From assembly GCF_009914755.1 (NCBI RefSeq), contig NC_060938.1: a stretch of 64,000 bases of DNA, one strand, 5' to 3'. Made by a program: the position numbers and the translations under genes. The DNA is from the human T2T-CHM13v2.0 reference genome, Homo sapiens. The notes below the pieces were generated by a model. That model was not told where the DNA came from, made no database searches, and saw only the letters and a program-made list of their open reading frames with translations. Shown here piece after piece: positions 17,861 to 32,801 of this stretch; within the stretch, counting starts at the first letter, position 1; each line of letters opens with the position of its first letter.

Positions 17861-18484
17861 GCCCACAGATATCTGCTATCCAAATCCTTCCTACTGACTT
17901 TATCCGGGTCTAAGATCTCCTATTTGGGTTACTACAGCAGCTACCGTCTTCCTTGGTTCATTACATTCTCTCCTCACTCTAACTTAACCTGTAGATCATT
18001 AACAGGTTTACCTTCCTGGTTTACCACATTAATCCCTGGCCTCCAAACTTTCAAAGGCTCTCTATACCTTGCACAACAGGATAAAAGTAGAAATCTCCTC
18101 AATTCAGCACTCAAACTCTTCTACAGACAAATAGCTTTCCAACTGACTAAAGTTTCCTAACGAAAACATTCTCCTCAGGAAATTCAGTTGTCAGCTCATC
18201 CTAGTCTCCTTCTATTTCCCTCCCCCTAAGCTAATCTTCACTTTACACTCTTGCTTTTTCCTCACAAAGTAACTGCTACAATCTCTCGGTAAATCTAAAC
18301 TTTCACAGGCCAGCTCAAGTCCGAAGTTTCCCACGTTCTTTGGACTCTTGGGGTCTCACTCATCTCTCTCTACCCTGTATACCAACAGCATTCTTTGCAT
18401 TAGTAGAACTCACTAGATTGTCTTTGAGACTCATGTTGGTACACCTGATCTTTCCAATAAGAACTTGAGGGAAAAGTCTATATG

Positions 18485-18523
18485 TTAATGGCAAAAACTG
18501 CAGTTACTTTTGCACCAACCTAA
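18485..18523. mobile_element. Half MADE1 (single Hsmar1 mariner TIR)
   Basis: ttaatggcaaaaactgcagttacttttgcaccaacctaa followed by TA. Confidence 0.85.
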
Positions 18524-19453
18524 TATTATGTTTCTTTCCTTTCTTCCACATCATTCATCTAATGCAAAACAAAAAGCAGACCTTCAACAGTCACCTATGT
18601 AATTTTGGATGTGTGAGCTTCCGTGACTAGAATCTGAAATCAGAATAACTTTGGCATTACTGCACTTCCGAAGGTTTACCTGAGACACACTATAAAAATG
18701 CTGTGACTCAAGATGATACCTGGAAACTAGGTAATGTAACCTAGAAATCAACACAGGTGCTTTAAATCCTAAAATCAGAGTCTGATAGAAAAACCTTGTT
18801 TAAATGCTGGTGATGGGACACAAAACAATACAGTAGTCAGGTTTTGTGGGACAGAATATTGACCTATGAGTTTTACTGAATTCATGCAAGAATGAGCCAT
18901 GCTAAAACTGGGTGAAAATGTAGTCATGAGCCTAAGAAAACTCCAAACGAAATATCACTCCGTTTTTATTAAGTTCAGGTTAGGAAAAAAAAAAAATCTT
19001 CATCAGTTACTTGAAGTAGCTGTCAGAATGAGACAGAGGCTCTCATTTTCGCTTTCAACTTTATTACACCAAAACCCTATGGATAGGGGTAGGTAGTGAA
19101 TGGTGAAGAATGCAATCAATGAAAAGTAAGCAGCTCAGCAGTGTAGTAACAATGAGCTCTCTAAATGGGGTAATGGGGTGTAGAGGCCTACATCTTAGTT
19201 TTGGTCTAATCCATCGCCAGCTGTAGGATCCACAACAAGTCACTCGCCTCTCTGGGTCTGGTTTCCCGGCTCTAAAACAATATTCACACCTTTAGATCTC
19301 TAAAAGTTTTTCTGACTCCAAAATTCCATGACAAGTCTAATAACAGTTGCTATTAACAACGTATGATTCTTGCAAAGCAATTTCAAGTCTTTCTTCCACA
19401 TTTCAGGAAGAAAGCAATTCATTTCAGCAATCTAAAGGAAACAGATGCTATTA

Positions 19454-19817
<364 letters not shown>

Positions 19818-20702
19818 CTACTTTCTCATTACAGTAAGATGTTTTCGCAGAGTTAACAGTGCTCTGGTGTAGATAACCAAGACTGCTTCTGTAAATTAGG
19901 CCTACTCCAGAGTACTTATTATCTGTGCTGGTATGTGAAGACGTGCAATTGTAGTTCACAGGAGAAACAACACTCCTCAGAGTTTCTTGAAAAACGGTGA
20001 GAAAGTTCTCACCCTCGGGGTAAAGCTAGCAAACACTGTGCAAATAAGGTACTGAAATATGCACACTTTTTGCCATTCAAGTAGTCCAACAAGCACAGCC
20101 TCCTCTTCTTTATCAAACACTCGGTATTGTCTCCCTCCCAACCTGTCAAAGCTCAATTCCAGGTTTATCCCGCAATAGTAACTTACCCGGACAATCTAAC
20201 TTCCCCTGGGAGTAGCAGTCCTCAGGCCTGCTCCCTTCCCAGTCCCCGCCGGCCACTCTCACGCCCACCCCTGGCGGTCGCAACCCCGCACCCGGGTAAA
20301 CACGCGCCCCCGTCTCGGGAGCGGTTTCTCAGCGTCCTGGGAGCGACGGGTCCCGCCCCTCGGCGCCCGGAGCCCAAAGCCGGCCGGGCTGCCGTCGCGA
20401 CTCCCTCGGGCCGCTCTCCCCGCCCCGAGCGCCACACCTCGCGCCCCTGCCTCAGGGACGGCGGCGCGCTCCAGCCCGCCCCTCGGAGCGCACAGAGACC
20501 GGCCAGTCCGGCGCCGCCGCGCCTCAGCCCCAGACGGACGACTGGCCCCTCCCCGCCCGGCGCCCCAGCGCCTCCCGCGGCGGCTTGGCCCCAGCCCCGG
20601 CGCCCCCACGCCTAAGAACAGCCCCTTCCTCTCCCGGACGCCCCGCGCCACACCGGACACAGCCTCGGCTCCACAGCCTCAGAGACACCAAGGGACACTC
20701 AC

Positions 20703-20811
20703 CCCGGAGGCTCCTCCCGCCGCTGCTGCTGCCGCTGGGACCGCTGCCGTCGCCTCCGCCGCCGCCGCCACCAGCACCGCCGTCCGCACCGGCGCCAGCA
20801 CCCCCGGCCAT
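20703..20811 (-). other. Gly-rich uORF in BTBD7 exon 1, open through the splice donor
   Basis: AGGATGG strong Kozak at 20811; encodes MAGGAGAGADGGAGGGGGGGDGSGPSGSSSGGRSLR with no stop before the donor. Confidence 0.5.
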
Positions 20812-20856
20812 CCTCCTCCCACCGCCGCCGCCGCCCTCTCCTCTCCTGTCAGTGGC

Positions 20857-20895
20857 TCAGGCTCCGGGACTGCTCCAGGTTCCCCTCGCCGCCAT
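20857..20895 (-). other. Short uORF MAARGTWSSPGA* whose ATG lies in the YY1 motif
   Basis: AAAATGG at 20895, TGA at 20859-20857. May be too close to the cap to be used. Confidence 0.35.
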
Positions 20896-21079
20896 TTTGA
20901 CTCCTAGACGGAGCAGGAGGGGCTCGGTTCGGCGTGGCCCTGGGGCGCCTGCGCGGCGCTGCGGAGCCGGCCGGAGCCCCCGCCCTCCCCTGCCGTCGTC
21001 CCGCTCAGGGTCACGTGGCCCGACGTCGCCGCGCGAGTCGGGCCGCGTGGGGGGCGGTGCGTTCGCTGGATCCATGGGA

Positions 21080-21402
21080 GCGGAGTGCGCGCGCATTATT
21101 TTTGCTCGTCGGCTGGGAGCCGGGCGTCGGGTCGCTGGGAGTTTGCCTCTTGTGGCAGCATCCTGCTTAGTCCAGCGAATTGTGACACATTATTAAATGT
21201 ATCAGAATATAAGAACTGTGTCACTACTACGTCACCAGATGGCCATTTCCACGAATTCATGTTTCCGTTCGGCGGCCGGCGTCCCTCGGGTGGTCGCATG
21301 CAATGAGTGCATCTTTCTCGAGAACAACTCTTCCGCGGAAAGTCATTGCTGACAGTCCTGGCATTCCGGTGGCTGCTTCTTGGCAGTGAGCACTTGTCTA
21401 TC
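21080..21402 (+). other. UNC79: UNC79 non-coding first exon (both ends approximate; donor at 21386 or 21403)
   Basis: Plus-strand donors GCA|GTGAGC and ATC|GTAAGC at the island edge. Identity inferred from recalled nesting of COX8C in UNC79 intron 1. Confidence 0.6.
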
Positions 21403-22526
21403 GTAAGCACTTGTCTGCATGGTACTTTTACAGGCACCACCTTGCTACTTGTGTAGTAGGTTAAAAAATAATCTTTAAGACACTGAAAAGTTTTCCTTAA
21501 CAAGATACCCCTGTAAACAAAGGACAAAATTGATGAAAACACACAGTCGCCACGTGGGAGAGCCAAGTCGCTCTTCCCTAGATGCCCCTTGTTTGGGGGT
21601 TTGCAATAATTTCAGCGATGCAATAACAAAAATACTGTATTTATGGGGCACTGTCGTTTTCCAGAGAGATACATGGTTTCATTTGAACGCCAAAGCCACC
21701 CTTTGTGGTAGTCAGGATAGGTGTTTTTATTGCTGTTTTACAACCAAGGAGACAGGCTCAGAAATACTAACAAGTAGGCAAGCCAAGATCAGAACCCAGG
21801 CATTCTGAACCCAGTGAGGAGGCACCGTTACACCTCCTTTTCCTCTGATAGACATTAGCAACTCTGGGAATTTATTTGAAAGTATTGTATTTGCATTTTC
21901 AATCTCTACCCATTGTTTAACAAGTTTTGTGTCACACAGTTTTTTGTTGTTGTTGTTCTGAAACCACCTCTAAGCTTCAAAGGATAAGAGCAATTTGGAA
22001 TTTTGTGATGTGTTTTTAACCATCTCTTGACCCTCCATTATTTTATGCTTTTCATATTCAGTTGGAGACAATATCATTGTTGTTTTCCTCTGGACTTCCT
22101 TCAGATTTGTATTTTCCTCACCCTCATTCTTCATCACCTTACTTCCTTGAAAAGGATAGCTCTTTCCAATTTGTATTACTTCATTTTCTTTACCCATCTC
22201 ACCCTTTTCACCCTCTTACCCAATCCTTGAAGGTTTGGAGATTGTAGCAGAGATTGTAGCAGTCCCTTGCCTGAAATTCCCCTCTAGCTGGTAAGGGTCA
22301 CTTCAGTTGAACATACAGCCTCAGGGCGATAGACAAGAAATGCATGGAAAAGTGAGAAAATATAAAAGAAATAGGTCCATCTAATTGGAGCCAATGATTA
22401 CCTCTGAGTGTCCACCTCTTGTTCCACACTTTTATACTTCCCCAAAGGCGTAAGCGAACCTTATCTAAATTCAAGCCATTTACTGTTATTTTCCATCATT
22501 TTACCTTTGTCTTAATTTGCTAAATA

Positions 22527-22736
22527 CAGTTAACACTTGAACAACACGGGTTTGAACTGTGCGGATCGATCAATGCAACCTGGTACATGGGATTCTAAAC
22601 ACCGTATTGAGAGGGCCGACTTTTCTTATACTCACATTCCACAGGACAGACAGGCAGACTTGAGTATGCTTGGATTGGGGTATATGTGGTGGGTCCTGGA
22701 ACCAATCCCACGTATATAGTATATGGGGGATGACTG
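22527..22736. mobile_element. MER8/Tigger2-family DNA element
   Basis: TA|CAGTTAACACTTGAACAACACGGGTTTGAACTG ... GATGACTG|TA. Confidence 0.75.
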
Positions 22737-24209
22737 TATTGCATTAACTGAAAGAGCTATGATTAGCAAACTAAAAAGCGGTGTGTAAACACTGCTTCTT
22801 TATAATTTATGGAAATGTTAAATAAGATCAGTCCCCACTGTTTACACTTATTACTAACCTTTATTACTTGACTTTGCTTCTATTTCCTAGCCACAATTTA
22901 AAAAACAAAATTAAAATGGTATCAACAACAATAGAATTCTAAGTAATTTCAGGATAACACTTTTTCTAACAGCCTTTGATGTGGAAATCTAAAACTTTTT
23001 GAAAAGCCAAGTAAGGTCTGCTGGTTGCACCTTGTCCTTTTGTCTATCTGCACAGCTGGAGACTTCTAGTAGACTGTTTGGATCTAGAAACCATTTGTAA
23101 GTGATCCATGATTTTTTTCTACCCTTTAATTCATTCACTGTTTCCTTATTATACCATTTAACTGTACTTTTGAGATCCTGAATTAGCTCAGTTTACACAC
23201 TCATCAGAATTTAGATGTTTATTTTAGTTCAGTCCGATACACATTTAAAGTATCCAGTACCATGTGCCAAGCACGGTACTACATGCTGGGGGTAAAAAAT
23301 AAATGGATCTTTGTACTTAAGGAGCTTAGAATCTAAATAAGAAGACAGAGTGAAAAACATTTTTTTAAGGCTAGTGTTAAGATGGTACTAAGTAGTGGTT
23401 AACAGCATGCATTCTAGAATCAGATAGATCTGGATGGCCATATGACACAAATAGGTCAACCAGAACCTTTTCTGGAAATTTTTGCCACACTCTCAGAGGA
23501 GATGTTTCTTCTTACTCTATTTCTCCGGGATTATGACTCGAAAGGACATGTAAATTGGCTTTGTTTGCCAATGAGGAGAAAGCCATGTGCGGTAGGAAAG
23601 GAGGAAGACCATAAACAAAGAAACAAAGTGAGAGAAAGGAAAACCATGACATCATTTGAATACCTGGGCCTACCTGGGCCTGAAACCAACCCATCCCTGG
23701 TCTTTTCATTTTTAGAAGCCATTAAGTTGCCCTAACACCTCTTTTTATCTTAAGTTAGTTGGAAATGGGTAAAAACAGTGAACTTCTGTGGCTTTCAACC
23801 AAAAGTCCTGAATTTATGTTTTGTTCCTTTCTCCACTCCCTCCATCAGTGAATGGCATCCCATCCACCTGGTCATCTATGTTGAAAATAAGAGTAATCAA
23901 CATTTCATGGTATATTCCATGGTCTGTCACTCCAGTCTTTTCCTTCCTTTGTACCCCCCTTTTTTACCACACATAACCATCCACTGAAACCCATTCCCAC
24001 ACTCATCTTCCTGGAAATACAGGATGGAAGCTGGGTTTTTGAAATTAAGGAGAAAAGACAAATTTTATCTCCCCCTATTTCTCTGCATGTAACAATCCTG
24101 TTTTCATGCATTTTTCTGAATTTCCTGAAGTCTAAAAGGTGAAGAGGATTGAAAACCCCAGAACAGTGGTAAGTACCTTGTAGATGCTTAATTAAGAAGT
24201 GCTTAATAA

Positions 24210-24519
<310 letters not shown>

Positions 24520-24699
24520 TTAATAATTATTAAATTAACAAATAATACAATTAATAAAGGTTTTAGAAAATAATATTGGAAAATATTCCTTGCCTTGGGG
24601 AAGAAAAGACAAGCAAGTCACAGAAAACATTAATCATGAAGACAAGATTCATAGATTCAACTGTATTTAAAATATGAACTTAAGTGCATCAAAATGTAC

Positions 24700-26352
24700 T
24701 GATATGGTTTGGATGTTTGTCCCCTCCAAATCTCATGTTGAAATGTAATCGCCAGTGTTGGAAGTGGGACCTGGTGGGAGGTGTTTGGATCATGAAGGCA
24801 GATCCCTCATGAATGGCTTCACATTATCCCCTTGTGATGGTGGTGGGAGGCAGACAGGTTCCTAGGTGGGAAGGGGTGGGTCCCTGGTGAAACCCCACCT
24901 TCAAACCAGAGATGGCCTAAAGCCTGGGGGCCAGGCTGCCAGTTCCCAGTGAAGTCCACGACCTGGAGTGAGAACTTCCTTGATGCCTTTCAGCCAATAA
25001 AGTAGTGCTTTTTCCAGGCCCGCCCACAGACCAATTAGCATGCATTTCTTCCTGCCCATGGACCAATCAGCATGCACTTCATTCTGAGCCAATAAAAACC
25101 CCCAGACCCAGCCTGACTCACAGACTCATAGAGTCTACGCACTTTGGGTCTTGGCTCCTCTGAGAGCTGTTTGGTTGCCCAAAAAAGCTCTTCTTAAGTT
25201 TGTTTCCCCTCCAGTTGTCCATGTAACTTATTCTTCCTTGACATGGGACAAGAACTCGGGAACCTTCGAGTGGCAGGAGTGAAAGGAGCTGTAACACTTT
25301 CCTGACTGGCTAGCTGACCTGTGGATGGTGACATACTCCCAGACTGTAGGAGTGAAGAGTGGCGAACCTTCTGGGGCCCAGACCTGGGGATTCCCCAACC
25401 CAGAGTTGTAACACTATAGCCCTCCTGCCCTCTGCAGGTGCTGGGCTGCCACCTCACATGATAGGAAGCAGTGGCAGGGCTGGGCCAGCCCAGGAGCTGC
25501 AGCCTGGAGTGGGGTGGTGGGATTGAAAGAGCTTTAACACAAATGGGCTGAAACATGCCCCCCTGAAACACACCCCTCTGCTTGCCATGCTGTGGGTGAC
25601 AAGGAGGAGAGAAGAGCTGCAGCCCTTCTGGGAGCCTAGACCTCAGGGCTCCCCAAACTAGGGCTGTGACATGCTGTAACACTCCCTTTGGGGCTCTGTG
25701 GTTCCTGGTGTTTCCAAGCTTTTGGGTGCCACTGTGTTTGCCTTGTCCAGATGCTGGTGCCCACAGTAGAAGCCGCTTGTGGTATGTCTGGTCCAGCTGC
25801 AGCCTCACATGGAGCTGGTGTCTATGCCAGTGCCTGGAGCTGCCCACCTCACCCCAGCAGCCAGCGTACCTGGCTGTGTGCAGTGGCCAGATCCCATGCT
25901 GGCTCACTCACATACCCCTCACTGCTCTGCGCCTGGCTCGCCCTTGGCAAGCATGGGATCCAGGCTGGTAGCACAAGCCGAGCGCAGCCTGCCAGGCTGA
26001 GTGGGCAGAATGAGCCTAGCAGGTGTGAGCAAAACTCAAGCAGAGGTGCTGCCGGCCACAGAGGTTTCCAGCTGGCGAAGCAACACCTGAAGGATCCTGT
26101 GACATTTTGGGATGAGTGAGTTCTCTGAATTCACTGGTGATCTGGTTGTTTAAAAGTGTGCACCACCTCCCACCGACCAGTCCATCTCTTGCCATGTGAC
26201 ACTGCTTGCTCTCCCTTTGCCTTCCACCATGATTATAAACTTTCTAAGGTCTCACCAGTAAGGCCTGCAGAACTGTGAGCCAATTAAACCTCTTTTTAAA
26301 ATAGATTACCCAGACTTAGGTATTTCTAGCAACACAAAAACGGACTAACACA
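24700..26352 (+). mobile_element. MST (MaLR) solo LTR split by a MER52-like LTR
   Basis: tgatatggtttggatg... start; resumes at about 26105 and ends ...ggactaacaca. Confidence 0.8.
24833..26104 (+). mobile_element. MER52-family long solo LTR (ERV1)
   Basis: GC-rich, CCAAT boxes, repeated gctgtaacac motifs, ends gatcctgtgaca. Confidence 0.75.
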
Positions 26353-26460
26353 TACACAGTGGGGGAAAAAGACAAGCCATACAATGGAAAAAGATATTTG
26401 TAATACATAAAACCAAAAAAGAGCTTATATCCAGCATATGTAAAGAATGCTTACAATTTA

Positions 26461-26803
<343 letters not shown>

Positions 26804-26970
26804 CTTCAGACAAATTAAATTTAATAGAGTTTACTTGGTTAAAATGATTTGTAAATTGGGCAGACCCCTTAACCAGAAGAGGTTCAGAGTGACTCTAGAG
26901 CTGCTATGCAGTCTGAGAATATTTATGGATAGGAAAAGGAAAGTGATGTATAGAAAATGGAGGTGAGGTA

Positions 26971-27964
<994 letters not shown>

Positions 27965-28040
27965 GCTACAGAAACACCTGGACTGGTTACAACTTGGCAG
28001 TTGCCTTATTTGAATATGGTTTTAAGAGTTGGACACCTAT

Positions 28041-28434
<394 letters not shown>

Positions 28435-28459
28435 TTACAGTTCACTATGTAGGAGAAAC

Positions 28460-28759
28460 TTTTTTTTTTTTTTTTTGAGACAGGGTATCACTCTGTTTCC
28501 CAGGCTGGTGTGCAGTGACATGATTATAGCTCACTGCAGTCTTGACCTCCCCAGCCTCAGATGATTCTCCCAACTCAGCCTCCTGAGTAGCTAGGCCTAC
28601 AGATGTGCACCACCATACCTGGATAATTTTTGTATTTTTTGTAGAGATGGGGTTTTGTCATGTTGCCCAGGCTGGTCTCAATCTCCTGGGCTCAAGCAAT
28701 CTGCCCATCTCAGCCTCCTAAAGTGCTGTGATTACAGGTGTGAGCCACCATGTCTGGCC
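28460..28759 (-). mobile_element. Alu (J-type)
   Basis: Reverse Alu consensus. Confidence 0.9.
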
Positions 28760-29056
28760 TACGAGAAACCTTTAGGCCCAAGTTAAAATACGTAAGGACG
28801 CAGCTTCAGGCTACACTTAATCTAATAATGGATACACATACTGTCTGATTTAACCTCCATATCCACATTCTAAGAGAAATATGCTTTATTTTCCTGAGGC
28901 TATGTGGTTAGTAAATGATAGTGCTGGAATTTGACCTTTGATCTTTTGGACCCCAACTGCCAATCTTTTCATGTCAGTATAACAGAAATCCATTGAAGAA
29001 TATCTAGATGTAATTCAGGAGAAGAAGAGGAATGTGAAATTTAAAAATGAAAAGGT

Positions 29057-29605
<549 letters not shown>

Positions 29606-29606
29606 A

Positions 29607-29690
29607 TGTAAACCAAAAATAAAATTCTAAGGCCTCCCCCACCATCTAAATGAACCCCTCCTCTCTGCCAAGGGCATGCCACAGTTAACC
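29607..29690 (+). mobile_element. 5' stub of a MER4D/E-like LTR
   Basis: tgtaaaccaaaaataaaattctaaggc... Confidence 0.65.
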
Positions 29691-31220
29691 CAACAGGGCA
29701 GCCATTAAATCTTAAAGCTCCAAAATAATCTCTTTTGACTCCATGTCTCACATCCAAGACATACTGATGCAAGAGGTGGGTTCCCAAGGCCTTGGGCAGC
29801 TATTCTTGTGTGGCTCTGCAGGATACAGGCCCCGTGACTGCTTTCACAGGCTGGTGTTGAGTGCCTGTGGCTTTTCCAGGTGCATGGTGCAAGCTGTTGG
29901 TGGATCTAACATTCTGAGTTCCGGAGGATGGTGGCTTTCTTCTCACAGCTCCACTAGGCAGTGCTGTAGTAGAGACTCTGTGTGGGGGCTGCAACCCCAC
30001 ATTTCCCCCTCTCCATTGCCATAGTAGAGATTCTCCATGAGGGCTCTGCCCCTGCAGCAAACTTCTGCCTGGACATCCAAGAGTTTTCATACATCCTCTA
30101 AAATCTAGGTGGAGACTCCCAAAGCTTAACTCTTGTCTTCTGTGCACCCACGGGACCAACACCACATGGAAGCTTCCAAGGCTTGGAGCTTGTTCCCTCT
30201 GAAGCAATGACTCAAGCTCTACCTTGATCCTTTTTAGCCATGGCTGGAGCTGGAGTGGCTGGGACACAGGGCACCATGTCTTGAGGCTGCACAGAGAAAC
30301 AGGGTCCTGGGCCCACCCCATGAAGCCATTTTTCCTTCCTAGGCCTCTGGGCCTGTGATGGGAGGGGCTGCTGTGAGGATCTCTGAAATACCCTGGAGAC
30401 ATTTTCCTCATTGTCTTGGCCATTGACATTTGGCCTCTCTTTACTTATGCAAATTTTTGTAGTTGGTGGCTTGAATTTCTCCCCACAAAATGGGTTTTTC
30501 TTTTCTACCACATGGTCAGGCTGCAAATTTTCCAAACTTTTATGCTCTGCTTCTGTTTTAAGCATAAGTTCCAATTTCAGACCATCCATTCATAAATGCA
30601 TATGACTGTATGCTTTCAGAAAAAGCTACGTCACATCTTGAATGCTTTGCTGCTCGGAAATTTCTTCTGCCAGATACCCTAAGTAATCTCTTGCAAGTTC
30701 AAAGTTTCACAGATCTCTAGGACAGGGGCAAAATGCTGCCAGTCTCTTTGCTAAGGCATAGCAAGAGTGGCCTTTGTTTTAGTTCTCAATAAGTTCCTCA
30801 TCTCCATCTGAGACTATCTCAGCCTGGACTTCATTGTCCATATATCATACTATCAGCATGGTATCATATATCATACTATCAGTATTTTGGTCAAAACCAT
30901 TCCACAGGTCTCTAGGAAGTTCCAAACTTTCCCACATCTTCCTGTCTTCTTCTGAGCCCTCCAAACTGTTCCAACCTCTGCCTATTACCCAGTTCCAAAG
31001 TGACTTCCACATTTTTAGTTATCTTTATAGCAGTACCCCACTCCTGTTACCAATTTTCTATATTAGTCTGTTTTTACATTGCTATAAAGAACTACCTGAG
31101 ACTGGATAGTTTATAAAGAAAAGAGGTTTAATTGATTCATAGTTCTGCATGGCTGGGGAGGCCTCAGCAAACTTACAATCATGGTAGAAGGCAAAGGGGA
31201 GCAAGGGGCATGTCTTCTTA
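29691..31220 (-). mobile_element. MST/THE1 MaLR internal region plus partial LTR
   Basis: Typical MaLR-int sequence (LENLQPDHVVEKKNPF on the - strand); LTR begins about 31060. Confidence 0.85.
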
Positions 31221-32801
31221 TATCATCTTCTATTACTGTTGTGCTTGCAATCCAAGTGTGTTACTGATGTTGCCAGTTGCAGAACTTGAATATGTTTCCC
31301 ACTTTTGCAACTCTTCTGCTTTTGTTGCTTACTTATCTGAGTATCTCGATCATTGAGGTTGTGCAATTGTAAAGACAGATGCAAATACAAAGAGAAGCAC
31401 TTTGTTCCTCAAAGGCCTTTGGTTCTTTTTTTTTCCTCCCCTATTTTTCAGAGACTTTTGTTCTGAAGCCTTTGGTTCTTGAATCAGAATTAAACATGTT
31501 TTTCTAGAGAGGAATGAATTTGAGATATTTGGGGCTGAGGTAGTGCAATCTTAATTCATTATATAATTTTCTAGAACTTTAACACCAGTTTATTTAGAGC
31601 ATGAATATTTATAAAAATCACATTATAAAAGGTAAGTGGGCGAGGGTGTCTTTCTCATTCATTGTGTACGTACAGCTCAGAAAACCTGATCTCTAGGTTA
31701 TAGCTCTAATTAAGTTCTTTTATATAACTGCAGAAGGAAGTTCTTGCATTGTGGGTCACTGAGAATACATTGAATCCCAGCCCACTAAACCCTTTATTGA
31801 AAATTGTAGAGGTTTGAGTTAACAGTGCTAGTCTTTTGTGACTTGCAGAAATTAAACTGAGGAATGTTGTTTGTATTGGTAATTTGAGCAGCTAAAAGAG
31901 CTGTCTCCTGGGGTGGGGGTGGGTGGCAGGGAGCTTAATTGTGTTGTGGCTGAATTTGGAGTCACCACTGTCGAAAGTGTTTTAAGGCTTTTGTTACAGA
32001 GAAAGACCTAAAATGCTTAAATCTCACTTGAATTGCACTCTCTTCTAAACTTCTCAAGATTAGGATTAAACCAGTCAAGCTTGCCTATTATTGGGCTCTT
32101 TCTCACTTTACTTCAGAATTTTTGTTGCTTTTTAAAAATTAAAAATGGGGTATTACCCAAAGAAAAAAGTCTTGACTAATATCGTCTTTCTTAAAGCTCT
32201 TTTGTTGTTAGCAATAGAAATGCAGCACCACCTAGTTTAAGCCCAAAGCAGGATTTATCATAAAGTATATAAAGAGAGGCCCAGAACTCAAGGAGAGGAA
32301 AGTGTCCTAACTTCAGAATAGGGAGAATTCAAACCAGGGCTTTGAACACAGGCAGGATATTCCCTCTGGTTCTTATCTCTGGTTCTTTGAGCAGCTTGGC
32401 TACATTATTAACTCACTGTGGAAGGGCTTTCTTGCTAGGCAGGGAAAAAACAACATGGCTCCCAAGTTACAACATCCATCCCAACCAACAGACTGGGTCC
32501 CAGCCCTCTCTTTGGTCCAATATTTGAGTCAAGTAGTGTAACAACTGTGGCCAGGAAACAGAGCAATGTTGCACTAAATCATTTCTTACAGGACTCATGT
32601 AAATCACAGGTGCTCAAATTATTATCTGGGGATATCTAAGGCAAAATTAGAGTTTACCTGATGTGACTGGGCAGGATGAGCCAAGGGAAGACTGAGAACA
32701 AGGAGATGAGGTTAGGGAGGTGGCCAGCCATGGTTCATGCAGGTCCTTGATTGGTTAGGGTAAGATTCCAGAGCACAGTTGCCCAGTGGAAATGTAACAT
32801 G

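Larger units (their letters stand above)
20703..20905 (-). other. BTBD7: BTBD7 non-coding first exon (5' end approximate)
   Basis: Minus-strand donor CCGGG|GTGAGT at 20703/20702 inside the island, with a YY1 motif near the presumed TSS. Gene name inferred from recalled synteny with COX8C; no BTBD7 coding sequence is in the window. Confidence 0.75.
20230..21370. promoter_or_regulatory. CpG island and bidirectional promoter (BTBD7 minus / UNC79 plus)
   Basis: About 1.1 kb of very high GC/CpG. YY1 GCCGCCATTTTG at 20888-20899, NRF1-like GCGCCTGCGC at 20945-20954, USF E-box GGTCACGTGG at 21009-21018, GC box near 21051. Outward-facing splice donors on both strands. Confidence 0.9.

Noticed and set aside
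20127-21566. Many overlapping Pro/Arg/Gly-rich ORFs up to 203 aa
   Set aside because: Expected from stop-codon scarcity in a CpG island. No recognisable domain, and several start at non-ATG codons.
25194-26119. 237 and 143 aa ORFs
   Set aside because: Lie inside a GC-rich MER52-like LTR with no protein motif.
29743-30605. 209 and 125 aa ORFs
   Set aside because: Remnants of MaLR internal sequence found in many genomic copies.
30839-30882. Short direct repeats (18 bp here; also near 22239 and 45015)
   Set aside because: Ordinary slippage duplications with no repeat-spacer structure. Nothing CRISPR-like, and no tRNA or rRNA gene, was seen in the window.
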